From sequence record OZ035804.1: a stretch of 45,588 bases of DNA, one strand, 5' to 3'. The DNA is from Vectrevirus PDP21P3. The notes under the pieces were generated by a model. That model had not been told where the DNA came from, ran no database searches, and saw only the letters and a list, made by a program, of their open reading frames with translations. Numbering within the stretch: the stretch's first letter is position 1; each line of letters begins with the position of its first letter. Of this stretch, positions 1-8,918 are shown in pieces. The position numbers and the translations under genes are program-made.

Positions 1-29
1 TAATAAGTTCAAGATTTGGAGGGAGAAGC

Positions 30-329
30 GTGAGCGTACACAATAAACATGCAGCTACAGAGGATGAGGTTGGCATTCTGCATGGGGCTATTACCAAAAT
101 CTTCAATAAGAAAGCACAGGCAATACTGGACACTATAGAAGAAGACCCTGATGCAGCATTACATTTAGTGTCTGGTAAGGATATTGGTGCGATGTGTAAG
201 TGGGTTCTTGATAACGGCATTACCGCCACACCTGCTGCACAGCAGGAAGAGTCCAAGTTATCTAAGCGCCTCAAGGCTATCCGAGAGGCATCCAGTGGTA
301 AGATAATTCAATTCACTAAGGAGGATTGA
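30..329 (+). CDS. putative terminase small subunit (gp18-like)
   Basis: 99-aa ORF, GTG start 7 nt after GGAGG; lies between holin and terL as in T7 (17.5-18-19); stop overlaps terL ATG. Assignment by synteny only. Confidence 0.5.
   Translation: MSVHNKHAATEDEVGILHGAITKIFNKKAQAILDTIEEDPDAALHLVSGKDIGAMCKWVLDNGITATPAAQQEESKLSKRLKAIREASSGKIIQFTKED
121..143 (+). promoter_or_regulatory. phage RNAP promoter-like site inside terS
   Basis: caaTACTGGACACTATAGAAGAa matches the repeated ATTTACTGGACACTATAGAAGAG consensus of this genome (SP6-like); predicted +1 G at 138. Confidence 0.5.
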
Positions 330-2227
330 TGGCTAAGGCAAGAGAATCACAAGCGGAGGCTCTTGCCAGATGGGAGATGCTACAGGAGTTACAGCAGACC
401 TTTCCTTACACAGCGGAAGGTTTGCTTCTCTTTGCAGATACAGTTATTCATAACTTAATTGCAGGCAACCCTCATCTGATTCGTATGCAGGCTGATATCT
501 TGAAGTTCCTATTTTACGGACACAAGTACCGCCTCATCGAAGCGCCTCGTGGTATCGCTAAGACAACACTATCAGCAATCTATACGGTATTCCGTATTAT
601 TCATGAACCGCATAAGCGTATCATGGTTGTGTCCCAAAACGCCAAGCGAGCAGAGGAAATCGCAGGTTGGGTAGTTAAAATCTTCCGTGGCTTAGACTTT
701 CTTGAGTTTATGCTGCCGGATATCTACGCTGGGGACCGTGCATCCGTTAAGGCGTTTGAGATTCATTACACCCTACGTGGTAGTGATAAGTCTCCTTCTG
801 TATCCTGTTACTCAATCGAAGCAGGTATGCAGGGTGCTCGTGCTGATATTATTCTAGCGGATGACGTAGAGTCGATGCAGAATGCTCGTACGGCAGCGGG
901 CCGTGCCTTGCTTGAGGAACTGACTAAGGAGTTTGAATCTATCAACCAGTTTGGGGATATCATTTACCTTGGTACACCTCAGAACGTAAACTCTATCTAC
1001 AACAACCTACCTGCTCGTGGTTACTCTGTTCGTATCTGGACTGCGCGTTACCCTTCAGTAGAGCAAGAGCAATGTTATGGCGACTTCCTTGCACCTATGA
1101 TTGTTCAAGATATGAAGGACAACCCAGCACTTCGCTCAGGGTACGGGTTGGATGGTAATAGTGGTGCACCTTGTGCCCCTGAAATGTATGATGATGAAGT
1201 CCTGATTGAGAAGGAAATCTCTCAGGGTACTGCTAAGTTCCAGCTTCAGTTCATGCTTAACACTCGCATGATGGATGCTGACAGATACCCATTACGCCTG
1301 AACAATCTAATCTTCACCTCGTTTGGTACAGAGGAAGTCCCTGTGATGCCTACGTGGAGTAATGATTCCATAAACATCATTGGTGATGCACCTAAGTATG
1401 GTAACAAGCCTACGGATTTCATGTACAGACCTGTAGCTCGCCCATACGAATGGGGTGCTGTCTCCCGCAAGATTATGTATATTGACCCTGCGGGTGGTGG
1501 TAAGAACGGAGATGAGACGGGTGTAGCCATCGTATTCCTGCACGGCACATTCATTTATGTGTATCAGTGCTTTGGTGTACCTGGCGGATACCGAGAGTCG
1601 TCCCTGAATCGCATTGTGCAGGCCGCAAAGCAGGCGGGTGTTAAAGAGGTATTCATTGAGAAGAACTTTGGTCATGGCGCGTTTGAGGCGGTAATTAAGC
1701 CGTACTTTGAACGAGAGTGGCCTGTAACTCTGGAAGAGGATTACGCCACCGGACAGAAAGAATTGCGTATCATTGAGACGCTGGAGCCGCTCATGGCAGC
1801 CCATAGGCTTATCTTCAATGCAGAGATGGTGAAGTCAGACTTTGAGTCGGTACAGCACTATCCGCTTGAACTACGCATGTCCTACAGCCTTTTCAATCAA
1901 ATGTCGAACATCACGATTGAGAAGAACAGCCTCCGGCACGATGACCGCTTAGACGCTCTGTATGGCGCTATACGGCAATTAACTTCTCAGATAGACTATG
2001 ATGAGGTTACACGGATTAATCGCCTCAGAGCGCAGGAGATGCGCGATTACATCCATGCTATGAACACACCTCACCTCCGTAGGGCGATGCTCTATGGAGA
2101 TTATGGCACTGAGCGAAGAGTAACCAACACTTCCGTGGCTATGCAGCAAAGAGTGTACGGTCAGAATTACAGGAGTAAATCGGCAAATCGAAATACACTT
2201 TCTGCAAGGATTTCAAGGACTTATTAA
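329..2227 (+). CDS. terminase large subunit (gp19-like)
   Basis: ~632 aa; ATG 4 nt after AAGGAGG; C-terminal nuclease-type motif IDPAGGGKNGDETG; size and position typical of T7-group terL. Confidence 0.9.
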   Translation: MAKARESQAEALARWEMLQELQQTFPYTAEGLLLFADTVIHNLIAGNPHLIRMQADILKFLFYGHKYRLIEAPRGIAKTTLSAIYTVFRIIHEPHKRIMVVSQNAKRAEEIAGWVVKIFRGLDFLEFMLPDIYAGDRASVKAFEIHYTLRGSDKSPSVSCYSIEAGMQGARADIILADDVESMQNARTAAGRALLEELTKEFESINQFGDIIYLGTPQNVNSIYNNLPARGYSVRIWTARYPSVEQEQCYGDFLAPMIVQDMKDNPALRSGYGLDGNSGAPCAPEMYDDEVLIEKEISQGTAKFQLQFMLNTRMMDADRYPLRLNNLIFTSFGTEEVPVMPTWSNDSINIIGDAPKYGNKPTDFMYRPVARPYEWGAVSRKIMYIDPAGGGKNGDETGVAIVFLHGTFIYVYQCFGVPGGYRESSLNRIVQAAKQAGVKEVFIEKNFGHGAFEAVIKPYFEREWPVTLEEDYATGQKELRIIETLEPLMAAHRLIFNAEMVKSDFESVQHYPLELRMSYSLFNQMSNITIEKNSLRHDDRLDALYGAIRQLTSQIDYDEVTRINRLRAQEMRDYIHAMNTPHLRRAMLYGDYGTERRVTNTSVAMQQRVYGQNYRSKSANRNTLSARISRTY

Positions 2228-2248
2228 TTACTGGACACTATAGAAGGA
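2226..2248 (+). promoter_or_regulatory. phage RNAP promoter
   Basis: aatTACTGGACACTATAGAAGGa immediately after terL stop; +1 G at 2243. Confidence 0.6.
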
Positions 2249-2381
2249 AGGCCCAGATAATAAGAGAAATAACAAGGATAATATAGGTTAACCTAGGTTA
2301 TATAGGTATGCCTTAGTATGGGTGTACTCCTGTACACCCTATTCCTTACTTCCTTACTATACTTACATAATAGGAGAGAGA

Positions 2382-2660
2382 ATGTCTAATAGTTATAGTA
2401 CACAACCCCTTACCGGTAAGTCTGCTCGTAAGCAGATACAACCTGTGAGTGAAGCCCTGATGCTTCCTGTAGTTTACGAGGACACTGTTGAGAAGAAAGG
2501 TGATGTTATTAATGATGCCACCAAATCAGGTAAGCAGAAAGGAGCCATGGTGTGTCTTGATACACATGATACACTGGTTATTGCTATCGCAGTTGATGGC
2601 AAAGAAGATTCCAATTGGCTGACCACGTTATTAGCGGTCACGACTATTACCCCAGCTTAA
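2382..2660 (+). CDS. hypothetical small protein, paralog A of tandem pair
   Basis: ATG after tAGGAGAGAG RBS (ORF track starts earlier at 2322 without RBS); shares SGKQKG-MV...IAIA...W..TT...TP-A pattern with the next ORF. Confidence 0.5.
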   Translation: MSNSYSTQPLTGKSARKQIQPVSEALMLPVVYEDTVEKKGDVINDATKSGKQKGAMVCLDTHDTLVIAIAVDGKEDSNWLTTLLAVTTITPA

Positions 2661-2672
2661 GAGGAGAATTAC

Positions 2673-2960
2673 ATGTCTAATTATGGAAACGCAGGTACTG
2701 TTACTGGTCAAGCTTTTCGAGTAAAAACTGTACAAACCACTGCAACGGCAATCCCTTTGCCTATTGTTGCTGAAGCAGACCTTAAGAAGAAAGATCACCC
2801 TATCAACATTAAACACCTATCTGGCAAACAGAAAGGCTCCATGGTTGCTGTAGAGAAAGCAGACAACTCCTTGTACATCGCTATTGCACGTGGTAGTGAA
2901 CCAACTGACCCTTGGGATGCAACCACTATGGAGGAGACACCTGTAACCCCTGTAGCTTAA
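2673..2960 (+). CDS. hypothetical small protein, paralog B of tandem pair
   Basis: 95 aa, RBS gAGGAGaatt ATG; clear sequence similarity to 2382..2660 product. Confidence 0.55.
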   Translation: MSNYGNAGTVTGQAFRVKTVQTTATAIPLPIVAEADLKKKDHPINIKHLSGKQKGSMVAVEKADNSLYIAIARGSEPTDPWDATTMEETPVTPVA

Positions 2961-2981
2961 TTGTAACAGATGAGGTCGGTG

Positions 2982-3326
2982 ATGCTTAATAAATACTTCA
3001 AGCGACGCGAGTTCGCTTGCCGTTGTGGGTGCGGTACATCCACTGTTGATGCTGAGTTATTACAGGTAGTCACAGATGTGCGTGAGCACTTTGGCGTCCC
3101 TGTAGTTATTACTTCTGGACACCGCTGTGCTAAGCACAATGCTAATGTGGAAGGGGCTAAGAACTCCATGCATCTTACTGGAAAGGCTGCTGATATTAAG
3201 GTACAAGGAATTACACCTTACCGTGTATGGTCTTATCTAACAGCACGCTACCCAAATAAATATGGCATTGGGTCTTACCCTAACTTCACCCATATTGATG
3301 TACGGGATGGGTGTGCACGATGGTAG
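2982..3326 (+). CDS. endolysin, zinc peptidase M15-like (VanY/D-Ala-D-Ala carboxypeptidase fold)
   Basis: SGHRCAKHN...GAKNSMHLTGKAADI...FTHIDVRDG matches the H-x-H/D zinc-ligand pattern of M15 peptidases; start chosen at second ATG, 5 nt after GAGG (track start 2970 lacks RBS). Confidence 0.8.
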   Translation: MLNKYFKRREFACRCGCGTSTVDAELLQVVTDVREHFGVPVVITSGHRCAKHNANVEGAKNSMHLTGKAADIKVQGITPYRVWSYLTARYPNKYGIGSYPNFTHIDVRDGCARW

Positions 3327-3434
3327 GTTGTGTTGCATGGTGTGAACGCATGGTTGCTAAGGCTTCAGAGGAAGGTAACTATGAAGATTGGCAGAACTAC
3401 TCGACTTTATTGGCTCAATGGAAAGGGAGGTGCA

Positions 3435-3584
3435 ATGAAAAAGCTGTTTAAGTCTAAGAAGGTTGTAGGTGCATTAGTTGCATTGGCAATTGCTCTTGTT
3501 TCTGTAGGTCTTGGCGTAGACCTAGGTGAAGGTACGGAAGGTTCCGTCACTGACGTGGTATGCCAAGTAATCACCTGTGAATAA
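3435..3584 (+). CDS. T7 gp19.5-like small membrane peptide
   Basis: MKKLFKSKKVVGALVALAIALVSVGLGVDLGEGTEGSVTDVVCQVITCE; C-terminus resembles T7 gp19.5 (…GDLSSLESVVCSILTCSD, from memory); RBS GGGAGG; alternative upstream start at 3381. Confidence 0.45.
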   Translation: MKKLFKSKKVVGALVALAIALVSVGLGVDLGEGTEGSVTDVVCQVITCE

Positions 3585-3798
3585 GGTGCTTGAGGTGGTG
3601 GCAGGTCTTATTGGCCTGCTGCTTGCCGCTAAGAAGAAGAAGGAAGAGAAGGAGGCACAAAGTGAGGCGAATCATGCTAGCGACAACCCTGCTGATTGGT
3701 TCGCTGATCACTTCAGGGTGTCAGACGGCGTTACCAGAGAATCCAAAGGTAAAGCCCCTGAAGCCGACGCTGACGGCAGTTTACGAGGTGGACGATAA
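3577..3798 (+). CDS. putative i-spanin-like membrane protein
   Basis: N-terminal TM segment VVAGLIGLLLAA then charged region; GTG start uncertain (in-frame GTGs at 3577/3586/3595/3598); encloses the start of the o-spanin ORF in another frame. Confidence 0.35.
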   Translation: MNKVLEVVAGLIGLLLAAKKKKEEKEAQSEANHASDNPADWFADHFRVSDGVTRESKGKAPEADADGSLRGGR

Positions 3799-3871
3799 GG
3801 TCTGCTTCAGTAAGCCTGACGCTACAAAATTAGGTCTGTATATTCTCTCGCTAGAACGCGGGTATAATTAA
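3674..3871 (+). CDS. o-spanin (Rz1-like outer-membrane lipoprotein)
   Basis: MLATTLLIGSLITSGC: signal peptide plus lipobox (ITSG-C) followed by proline-rich periplasmic region; RBS GAGG 6 nt upstream; overlaps 3' end of 3577..3798 in a different frame. Confidence 0.5.
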   Translation: MLATTLLIGSLITSGCQTALPENPKVKPLKPTLTAVYEVDDKVCFSKPDATKLGLYILSLERGYN

Positions 3872-3900
3872 TACATAGTTTTATGTATCAGTGTCTTACG

Positions 3901-3923
3901 ATTTACTGGACACTATAGAAGAG
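3901..3923 (+). promoter_or_regulatory. phage RNAP promoter (consensus copy)
   Basis: ATTTACTGGACACTATAGAAGAG, +1 G at 3918, directly upstream of tailspike 1. Confidence 0.7.
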
Positions 3924-4002
3924 ATAAGATAGTGCCGTTCTTTTGAGCGGCCTATTACTAGCCAATCTTCATGGTGAGGGTTGGGAAGTAATAGGAGATA
4001 AA

Positions 4003-5910
4003 ATGGCTAAATTAACCAAACCTAATACTGAAGGAATCTTGCATAAGGAAGACTCTTTGTATGAGTACCTTGATGCGAGAGAGAGTATAGTTTTAACATC
4101 AAAGCCGTTTGGTGCAGTAGGTGATGCTACTACTGATGATACGGAGGTTATAGCTGCTTCACTAAACTCTCAAAAAGCTGTCACAGTCTCAGACGGTGTA
4201 TTCTCTAGCTCTGGTATTAATAGTAATTACTGTAACTTAGACGGTAGAGGTAGCGGGGTGCTAAGTCACCGTTCCAGTACAGGTAACTACTTAGTATTTA
4301 ACAATCTACGTGCAGGTCGCTTAAGTAATATTACGGTAGAGAGTAATAAGGCGACTGATGATACTCAGGGACAGCAGGTATCTCTTGCTGGTGGCAGTGA
4401 TGTTACTGTAAGTGACGTTAACTTCTCAAACGTTAAAGGTACTGGTTTCAGTTTAATAGCATACCCTAATGGTGAGCAACCTAATGGGCTTATGATTAAA
4501 GGCATTCGAGGTAGCTACTCCGGCTATGCTACTAATAAGGCTGCTGGGTGCGTACTTGCTGACTCCTCAGTTAACTCTCTCATAGATAACGTAATTGCTA
4601 AGAGCTATCCTCAGTTCGGAGCTGTAGAGCTGAAAGGTACAGCCAGTTATAACATAGTAAGTAATGTTATAGGGGCAGATTGCCAGCATGTAACTTACAA
4701 TGGCACTGAAGGGCCAATAGCTCCTTCTAATAACCTTATCAAAGGGGTGATGGCTAATAACCCTAAGTATGCAGCGGTTGTTGCAGGAAAAGGAAGTACG
4801 AACTTAATCTCAGACGTGCTCGTAGATTACTCAACTTCTGATGCTAGGCAGGCTCATGGTGTTACCGTAGAAGGGTCTGATAACGTCATAAATAATGTGC
4901 TTATGTCAGGATGTGATGGTACTAACTCTTTAGGACAAGGGCAGACTGCTACAATTGCACGCTTTATAGGTACAGCTACTAACAACTATGCGTCTGTATT
5001 TCCTAGCTACAGTGCTACAGGTGTTATTACTTTCGAATCCGGCTCTACCCGTAACTTCGTAGAGGTAAAGCACCCTGGCAGGAGAAACGACCTTCTCAGT
5101 TCTGCTAGTACTATTGACGGTGCAGCTACTATTGACGGCACTAGTAATAGTAACGTAGTGCACGCACCCGCATTAGGACAGTACATAGGTAGTATGTCAG
5201 GTAGGTTCGAATGGAGGGTTAAGTCCATGTCACTTCCGTCAGGCGTTCTTACCTCGGCTGATAAGTACAGAATGCTTGGGGATGGTGCTGTGTCATTAGC
5301 TGTAGGTGGGGGCACTTCTTCTCAAGTTCGCCTATTTACTTCTGATGGTACCTCTCGTACAGTGTCCCTCACCAACGGTAACGTGCGTCTTTCTACCAGT
5401 AGCACAGGCTATTTGCAGTTAGGTGCTGATGCAATGACCCCAGATAGTACTGATACATACGCATTAGGTTCCGCCAGTAGAGCATGGTCTGGCGGTTTTA
5501 CTCAAGCAGCATTCACTGTTACCTCAGATGCTCGGTGTAAAACAGAACCTCTTACTATCTCAGATGCTTTACTGGATGCTTGGTCTGAAGTTGACTTTGT
5601 GCAGTTTCAGTATTTGGATCGGGTTGAGGAGAAGGGTGCAGACTCAGCGAGATGGCACTTTGGTGTCATCGCTCAGCGAGCTAAGGAGGCTTTCGAACGT
5701 CACGGCATAGATGCACACCGCTATGGCTTCTTGTGCTTCGACAGTTGGGATGATGTATACGAGGAAGATGCCAATGGCTCTCGTAAACTGATTACACCAG
5801 CAGGTTCCCGCTACGGTATTCGTTACGAGGAAGTATTGATATTAGAGGCTGCGTTGATGCGGCGGACTATTAAGCGTATGCAGGAAGCACTAGCTGCCCT
5901 TCCTAAGTAA
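4003..5910 (+). CDS. tailspike 1, pectate-lyase-like beta-helix with C-terminal intramolecular chaperone (S74-like) domain
   Basis: ATG 5 nt after AGGAGA (track start 3943 is a TTG); FGAVGDATTDDTEVI pectate-lyase-type motif; C-terminal ~130 aa with TSDARCK autoproteolysis-type motif as in endosialidase/K5-lyase-type tail proteins. Confidence 0.8.
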   Translation: MAKLTKPNTEGILHKEDSLYEYLDARESIVLTSKPFGAVGDATTDDTEVIAASLNSQKAVTVSDGVFSSSGINSNYCNLDGRGSGVLSHRSSTGNYLVFNNLRAGRLSNITVESNKATDDTQGQQVSLAGGSDVTVSDVNFSNVKGTGFSLIAYPNGEQPNGLMIKGIRGSYSGYATNKAAGCVLADSSVNSLIDNVIAKSYPQFGAVELKGTASYNIVSNVIGADCQHVTYNGTEGPIAPSNNLIKGVMANNPKYAAVVAGKGSTNLISDVLVDYSTSDARQAHGVTVEGSDNVINNVLMSGCDGTNSLGQGQTATIARFIGTATNNYASVFPSYSATGVITFESGSTRNFVEVKHPGRRNDLLSSASTIDGAATIDGTSNSNVVHAPALGQYIGSMSGRFEWRVKSMSLPSGVLTSADKYRMLGDGAVSLAVGGGTSSQVRLFTSDGTSRTVSLTNGNVRLSTSSTGYLQLGADAMTPDSTDTYALGSASRAWSGGFTQAAFTVTSDARCKTEPLTISDALLDAWSEVDFVQFQYLDRVEEKGADSARWHFGVIAQRAKEAFERHGIDAHRYGFLCFDSWDDVYEEDANGSRKLITPAGSRYGIRYEEVLILEAALMRRTIKRMQEALAALPK

Positions 5911-5915
5911 GAAAC

Positions 5916-5940
5916 AGGCAGTGCGTAAGCACTGCTTTTC
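5916..5940 (+). terminator. intrinsic terminator-like hairpin
   Basis: GCAGTGC gtaa GCACTGC perfect 7-bp stem followed by TTTT, 6 nt after tailspike 1 stop. Confidence 0.6.
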
Positions 5941-5995
5941 ACGCAACTTTTCTTAAAGGTTATCATGGTGGTAGCCTTTCAGAAAAGGAGGTTAC

Positions 5996-7792
5996 ATGCT
6001 TCAAAGATTAAGCACTGCCTTGGTGCGGTATAAAAGTAAAATGTCAGGTGCAATAGGTCGTATATTGCAAGAAAGACTAGAAGATACGTTAAATGCAAAA
6101 GACTTTGGTGCAAAATGTAATGGAGTGGATGATGATACAACCCCTCTCAACAATGCAGCAACAGCAGCACGCCTTAAAGGAGTCAAACTCGTAATAACAG
6201 GGTCTTGCCTAACAACTGACACAGTTAACTTTAGAGAGGTACTGCTAGAGGCATCAAGTGCTACGTTTATTATTAAACACGAGGGTGTTGGTGTTATCTT
6301 GGGTGGTAATGCAAGTGTGCACAATAACCCCAAGCAAGAGTTTGGTATGACAGAGAGACTTGTTGGGTCTGCATCTCTAGACGCTCCTGATGTACGTATA
6401 ATTGGTGCCAAGTGCCAACACATTAGCATAGAGAAGTCTGATTACCTTCAGCTATATGCAGATTCAGATGAATCAGTATATGAAAAGGACTACTCTATCG
6501 CGTATTCCACTTTTACCTTAAAGTATGTTAAAACAATCAACATACGCGGGATTAATCGTGGTTGGATTAATGAGAACCAGTTCTTCTTAAATAGAACACA
6601 TTTTGTGACAATACAAGATGGCAATTACTCTCATAACCACAATAAATTCTTTGGTGGCACTATGGAAGAGAAAGGTGCTATAGATATACAGAGAGGTCAT
6701 AATAATCACTTCTTTGGGCTTCGATTCGAAAGAGATGGCTCTAAGCCAGATAGGACACTAGACATCAAGTTTGGTTCTTATACATGGAATAATTCAATTG
6801 AAGCATCGTGGCTCAGCTCTGCTGCATATAGCAACGAACCCTATAACCCAAATAATCTTGTCACTGTTACAGATTTAGGTAGAGGTAATGCTGTACGCCA
6901 TATACAAGAAGATTTAACAGATGAGATCCCTTTGCTTTCACTAAGTGGAAAGGCAGACTACATCTCTAGTACCAACCTAGGTACTGTAAGCCAACCTGTT
7001 GTTATAACTAACTTCCCTAATATATATAATATTAGACACCTAGTATCAAGCAAGTTTTCTGTTGTAAGAAATTTCTACCCTATATGGGAGTCTGGTAATT
7101 TAGAGGTAAGGAATGGAGACTTATTCACATTCTGCTCTGATGTACCTATCTTCCGTATGCGTCTATTTATATTAGATGCGCAAGGTAATGTAATCACTGA
7201 GCAATTAGATGATGATGTATCATTCCCTGGTAGTTCTTGGAATGCACAATTAAGTATGTATACAAATACTACCAATATTGATGTTGCTAAAATACGTGTC
7301 ACTAATAGTTCTCGTATTAAATACATTCGTCTTGTCTTGATGTCTGGTGGTTCATCTCAAGATAGAATCTTTGAATATGCAAGAGTGACTGCAAGATACT
7401 ATAAGTATTCAAGCTCAACACCTCGTAAGAATATGGATGTTGCCTTAACCTCTTGCTCTGCTATGATGCCTTATAAGGGCGATGCAGAGATGCAATATAT
7501 GGGTTACGGTCTGCCTGTTGTTAAGATGGAAGATACGACTAAGAAGGTTAATATAACACGTAATAGGTATTCTGTTATTAATGTGTCTGGTTCTTCTATT
7601 AAGGTAAGGGTTTCAGGTAGTCTTATATCCGCAGATTCTAACGACTTACATCTTGTATATACAGAGGGTTCCGCTAATAAAATTATACCTATTCAGTCTT
7701 TATCGGATGATACTATTACTTTAACTTCTACTGCACCTACTACTATAGTAGCCAATAGCATGGTGGATGTAGTTTGTACAAAGCCGATGTGA
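5996..7792 (+). CDS. tailspike 2 (second receptor-binding/depolymerase-like protein)
   Basis: 598 aa, ATG 4 nt after AAAGGAGG; N-terminal DFGAKCNGVDDDT pectate-lyase-like motif; noticeably AT-rich; no phage promoter of its own. Confidence 0.7.
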   Translation: MLQRLSTALVRYKSKMSGAIGRILQERLEDTLNAKDFGAKCNGVDDDTTPLNNAATAARLKGVKLVITGSCLTTDTVNFREVLLEASSATFIIKHEGVGVILGGNASVHNNPKQEFGMTERLVGSASLDAPDVRIIGAKCQHISIEKSDYLQLYADSDESVYEKDYSIAYSTFTLKYVKTINIRGINRGWINENQFFLNRTHFVTIQDGNYSHNHNKFFGGTMEEKGAIDIQRGHNNHFFGLRFERDGSKPDRTLDIKFGSYTWNNSIEASWLSSAAYSNEPYNPNNLVTVTDLGRGNAVRHIQEDLTDEIPLLSLSGKADYISSTNLGTVSQPVVITNFPNIYNIRHLVSSKFSVVRNFYPIWESGNLEVRNGDLFTFCSDVPIFRMRLFILDAQGNVITEQLDDDVSFPGSSWNAQLSMYTNTTNIDVAKIRVTNSSRIKYIRLVLMSGGSSQDRIFEYARVTARYYKYSSSTPRKNMDVALTSCSAMMPYKGDAEMQYMGYGLPVVKMEDTTKKVNITRNRYSVINVSGSSIKVRVSGSLISADSNDLHLVYTEGSANKIIPIQSLSDDTITLTSTAPTTIVANSMVDVVCTKPM

Positions 7793-7798
7793 GGTAAT

Positions 7799-7948
7799 AT
7801 GCCTTTAATTAAATCAGTTAAGCAAAGTGCTGTACGCCAGAACACAGAAGAACTTATTCAATCAGGACGTGACCCTAAGCAAGCCTATGCGATTGCCAAG
7901 GATGTACAACGTCGTGCTATGAAGAAACCTTCTGCATCTTCTGCGTAA
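7799..7948 (+). CDS. hypothetical small basic protein
   Basis: 49 aa ORF (MPLIKSVKQSAVRQ…), GAGG 4 nt upstream; below the ORF-track length cutoff. Confidence 0.35.
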   Translation: MPLIKSVKQSAVRQNTEELIQSGRDPKQAYAIAKDVQRRAMKKPSASSA

Positions 7949-8018
7949 GCAGGTTAATATCTTAGTATAAACAAGGGCAGACTTAGGTTTGTCCTTAGTG
8001 TATTCCAAAGGAGGTAAC

Positions 8019-8147
8019 ATGCTGAAAGATGGTTGGGTTTCATATGACCCTACAGACCCTAAGAATTGGCTACAGGTTATCGCTATAGCTTGTGCAGGTA
8101 GCCTATTGGCTGCCCTGATGTATTCATTATGGATGTACACAAAGTAA
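8019..8147 (+). CDS. hypothetical small membrane protein
   Basis: 42 aa with C-terminal TM segment (VIAIACAGSLLAALMYSLWMY); strong RBS AAAGGAGG; last ORF before the non-coding terminal region. Confidence 0.4.
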   Translation: MLKDGWVSYDPTDPKNWLQVIAIACAGSLLAALMYSLWMYTK

Positions 8148-8379
8148 CCAAAGTCAAAATTTTGATGTAGGCGTGTGTCAGCTCTCTCGCCCTCGCCCTC
8201 GCCGGGTTGTCCCCATAGGGTGGCCTGAGGGAATCCGTCGAGGACGGGCAGGGCTGATGTACTCCTTGTACTAGCTTAGTAGTACACAAGGGCAGGCCGT
8301 ACTAGTTAGCTGGTACAGCCTAGTCTTTGCTCATGTACTAGCAAGGTGGAACGCTGGAGAACGCCTAGGACGGCCTAGG

Positions 8380-8890
8380 GATGGCTTAGTGGTGGACAAG
8401 GTGATTACCTTAGTGAAGCCTCTTAGTGCATTCCTGAGGCTATTCAGGACCATTCCTGAGCGTTTGACAGGGTGGGCGTGGGTGGGCTATCTGTTCGTTT
8501 GCTCGCTATCGCTCGCTGCACGCCTGTCGTGTACCTTAGGTTATTCCTTGATGGATAGCTTAGGTTAGCCTTAGTGGACTACCTTAGTTAAAGCCTTAGT
8601 GCTTAGCTTAGTATCAGCTTAGTAGTGTACCTTAGTAAGACTTAGTGTCTTCTCTTAGTGATTGCACATGCAAGCATGTAAGATGCCATTAGGTCGCGGT
8701 CGGTAGACCGCTAAAGAAAGAGAATAGTAATAAGATGCAGTAGGAGGAACACCAGAATCCTAGCCGACCTAGCCTATCCTGGCTCTGTATCTATTGCTTT
8801 TCCTTAGTCTCACATGTTAGACAACCTAGGTTTACCTTAGTAGTTGTGACATGTATCACATAAATAATCTATCTTAGTGAAATTTAGTGT
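8380..8890. repeat. array of short CTTAGT(G)/CCTTAGT direct repeats in non-coding region (likely genome-terminus region)
   Basis: about 20 irregularly spaced copies of cttagt read by eye, plus GC-rich mini-repeats just upstream (ctcgccctcgccctcgcc, gtgggcgtgggtgggc); T7-type genomes carry short repeat arrays next to their terminal repeats. Confidence 0.5.
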
Positions 8891-8918
8891 TGACACAGGC
8901 AAAAGCTAGTAGTACATT
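8890..8918 (+). promoter_or_regulatory. host sigma70-type early promoter candidate
   Basis: TTGACA - 17 nt - TACATT; lies at the start of the early region. Confidence 0.4.

Noticed and set aside
1246-1804. Minus-strand ORFs 1246..1554 and 1307..1804 inside the terminase gene
   Set aside because: Embedded antisense to a well-supported gene; no RBS; the genome is otherwise entirely transcribed on the + strand, as in T7-type phages.
3943-4002. TTG-initiated N-terminal extension of tailspike 1 in the ORF track
   Set aside because: It overlaps the promoter-proximal leader, and the ATG at 4003 has a properly spaced AGGAGA RBS.
6001-6429. Minus-strand ORF inside tailspike 2
   Set aside because: Antisense to a strong coding call, low-complexity translation.
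8461-8495. Possible sigma70 promoter TTGACA-N17-CTATCT
   Set aside because: Good -35 but a poor -10 hexamer; lies within GC-rich repeats, so likely fortuitous.
8380-8890. CRISPR array interpretation of the CTTAGT repeats
   Set aside because: Repeats are only 6-7 nt, irregularly spaced and lack uniform spacers; no cas genes present.
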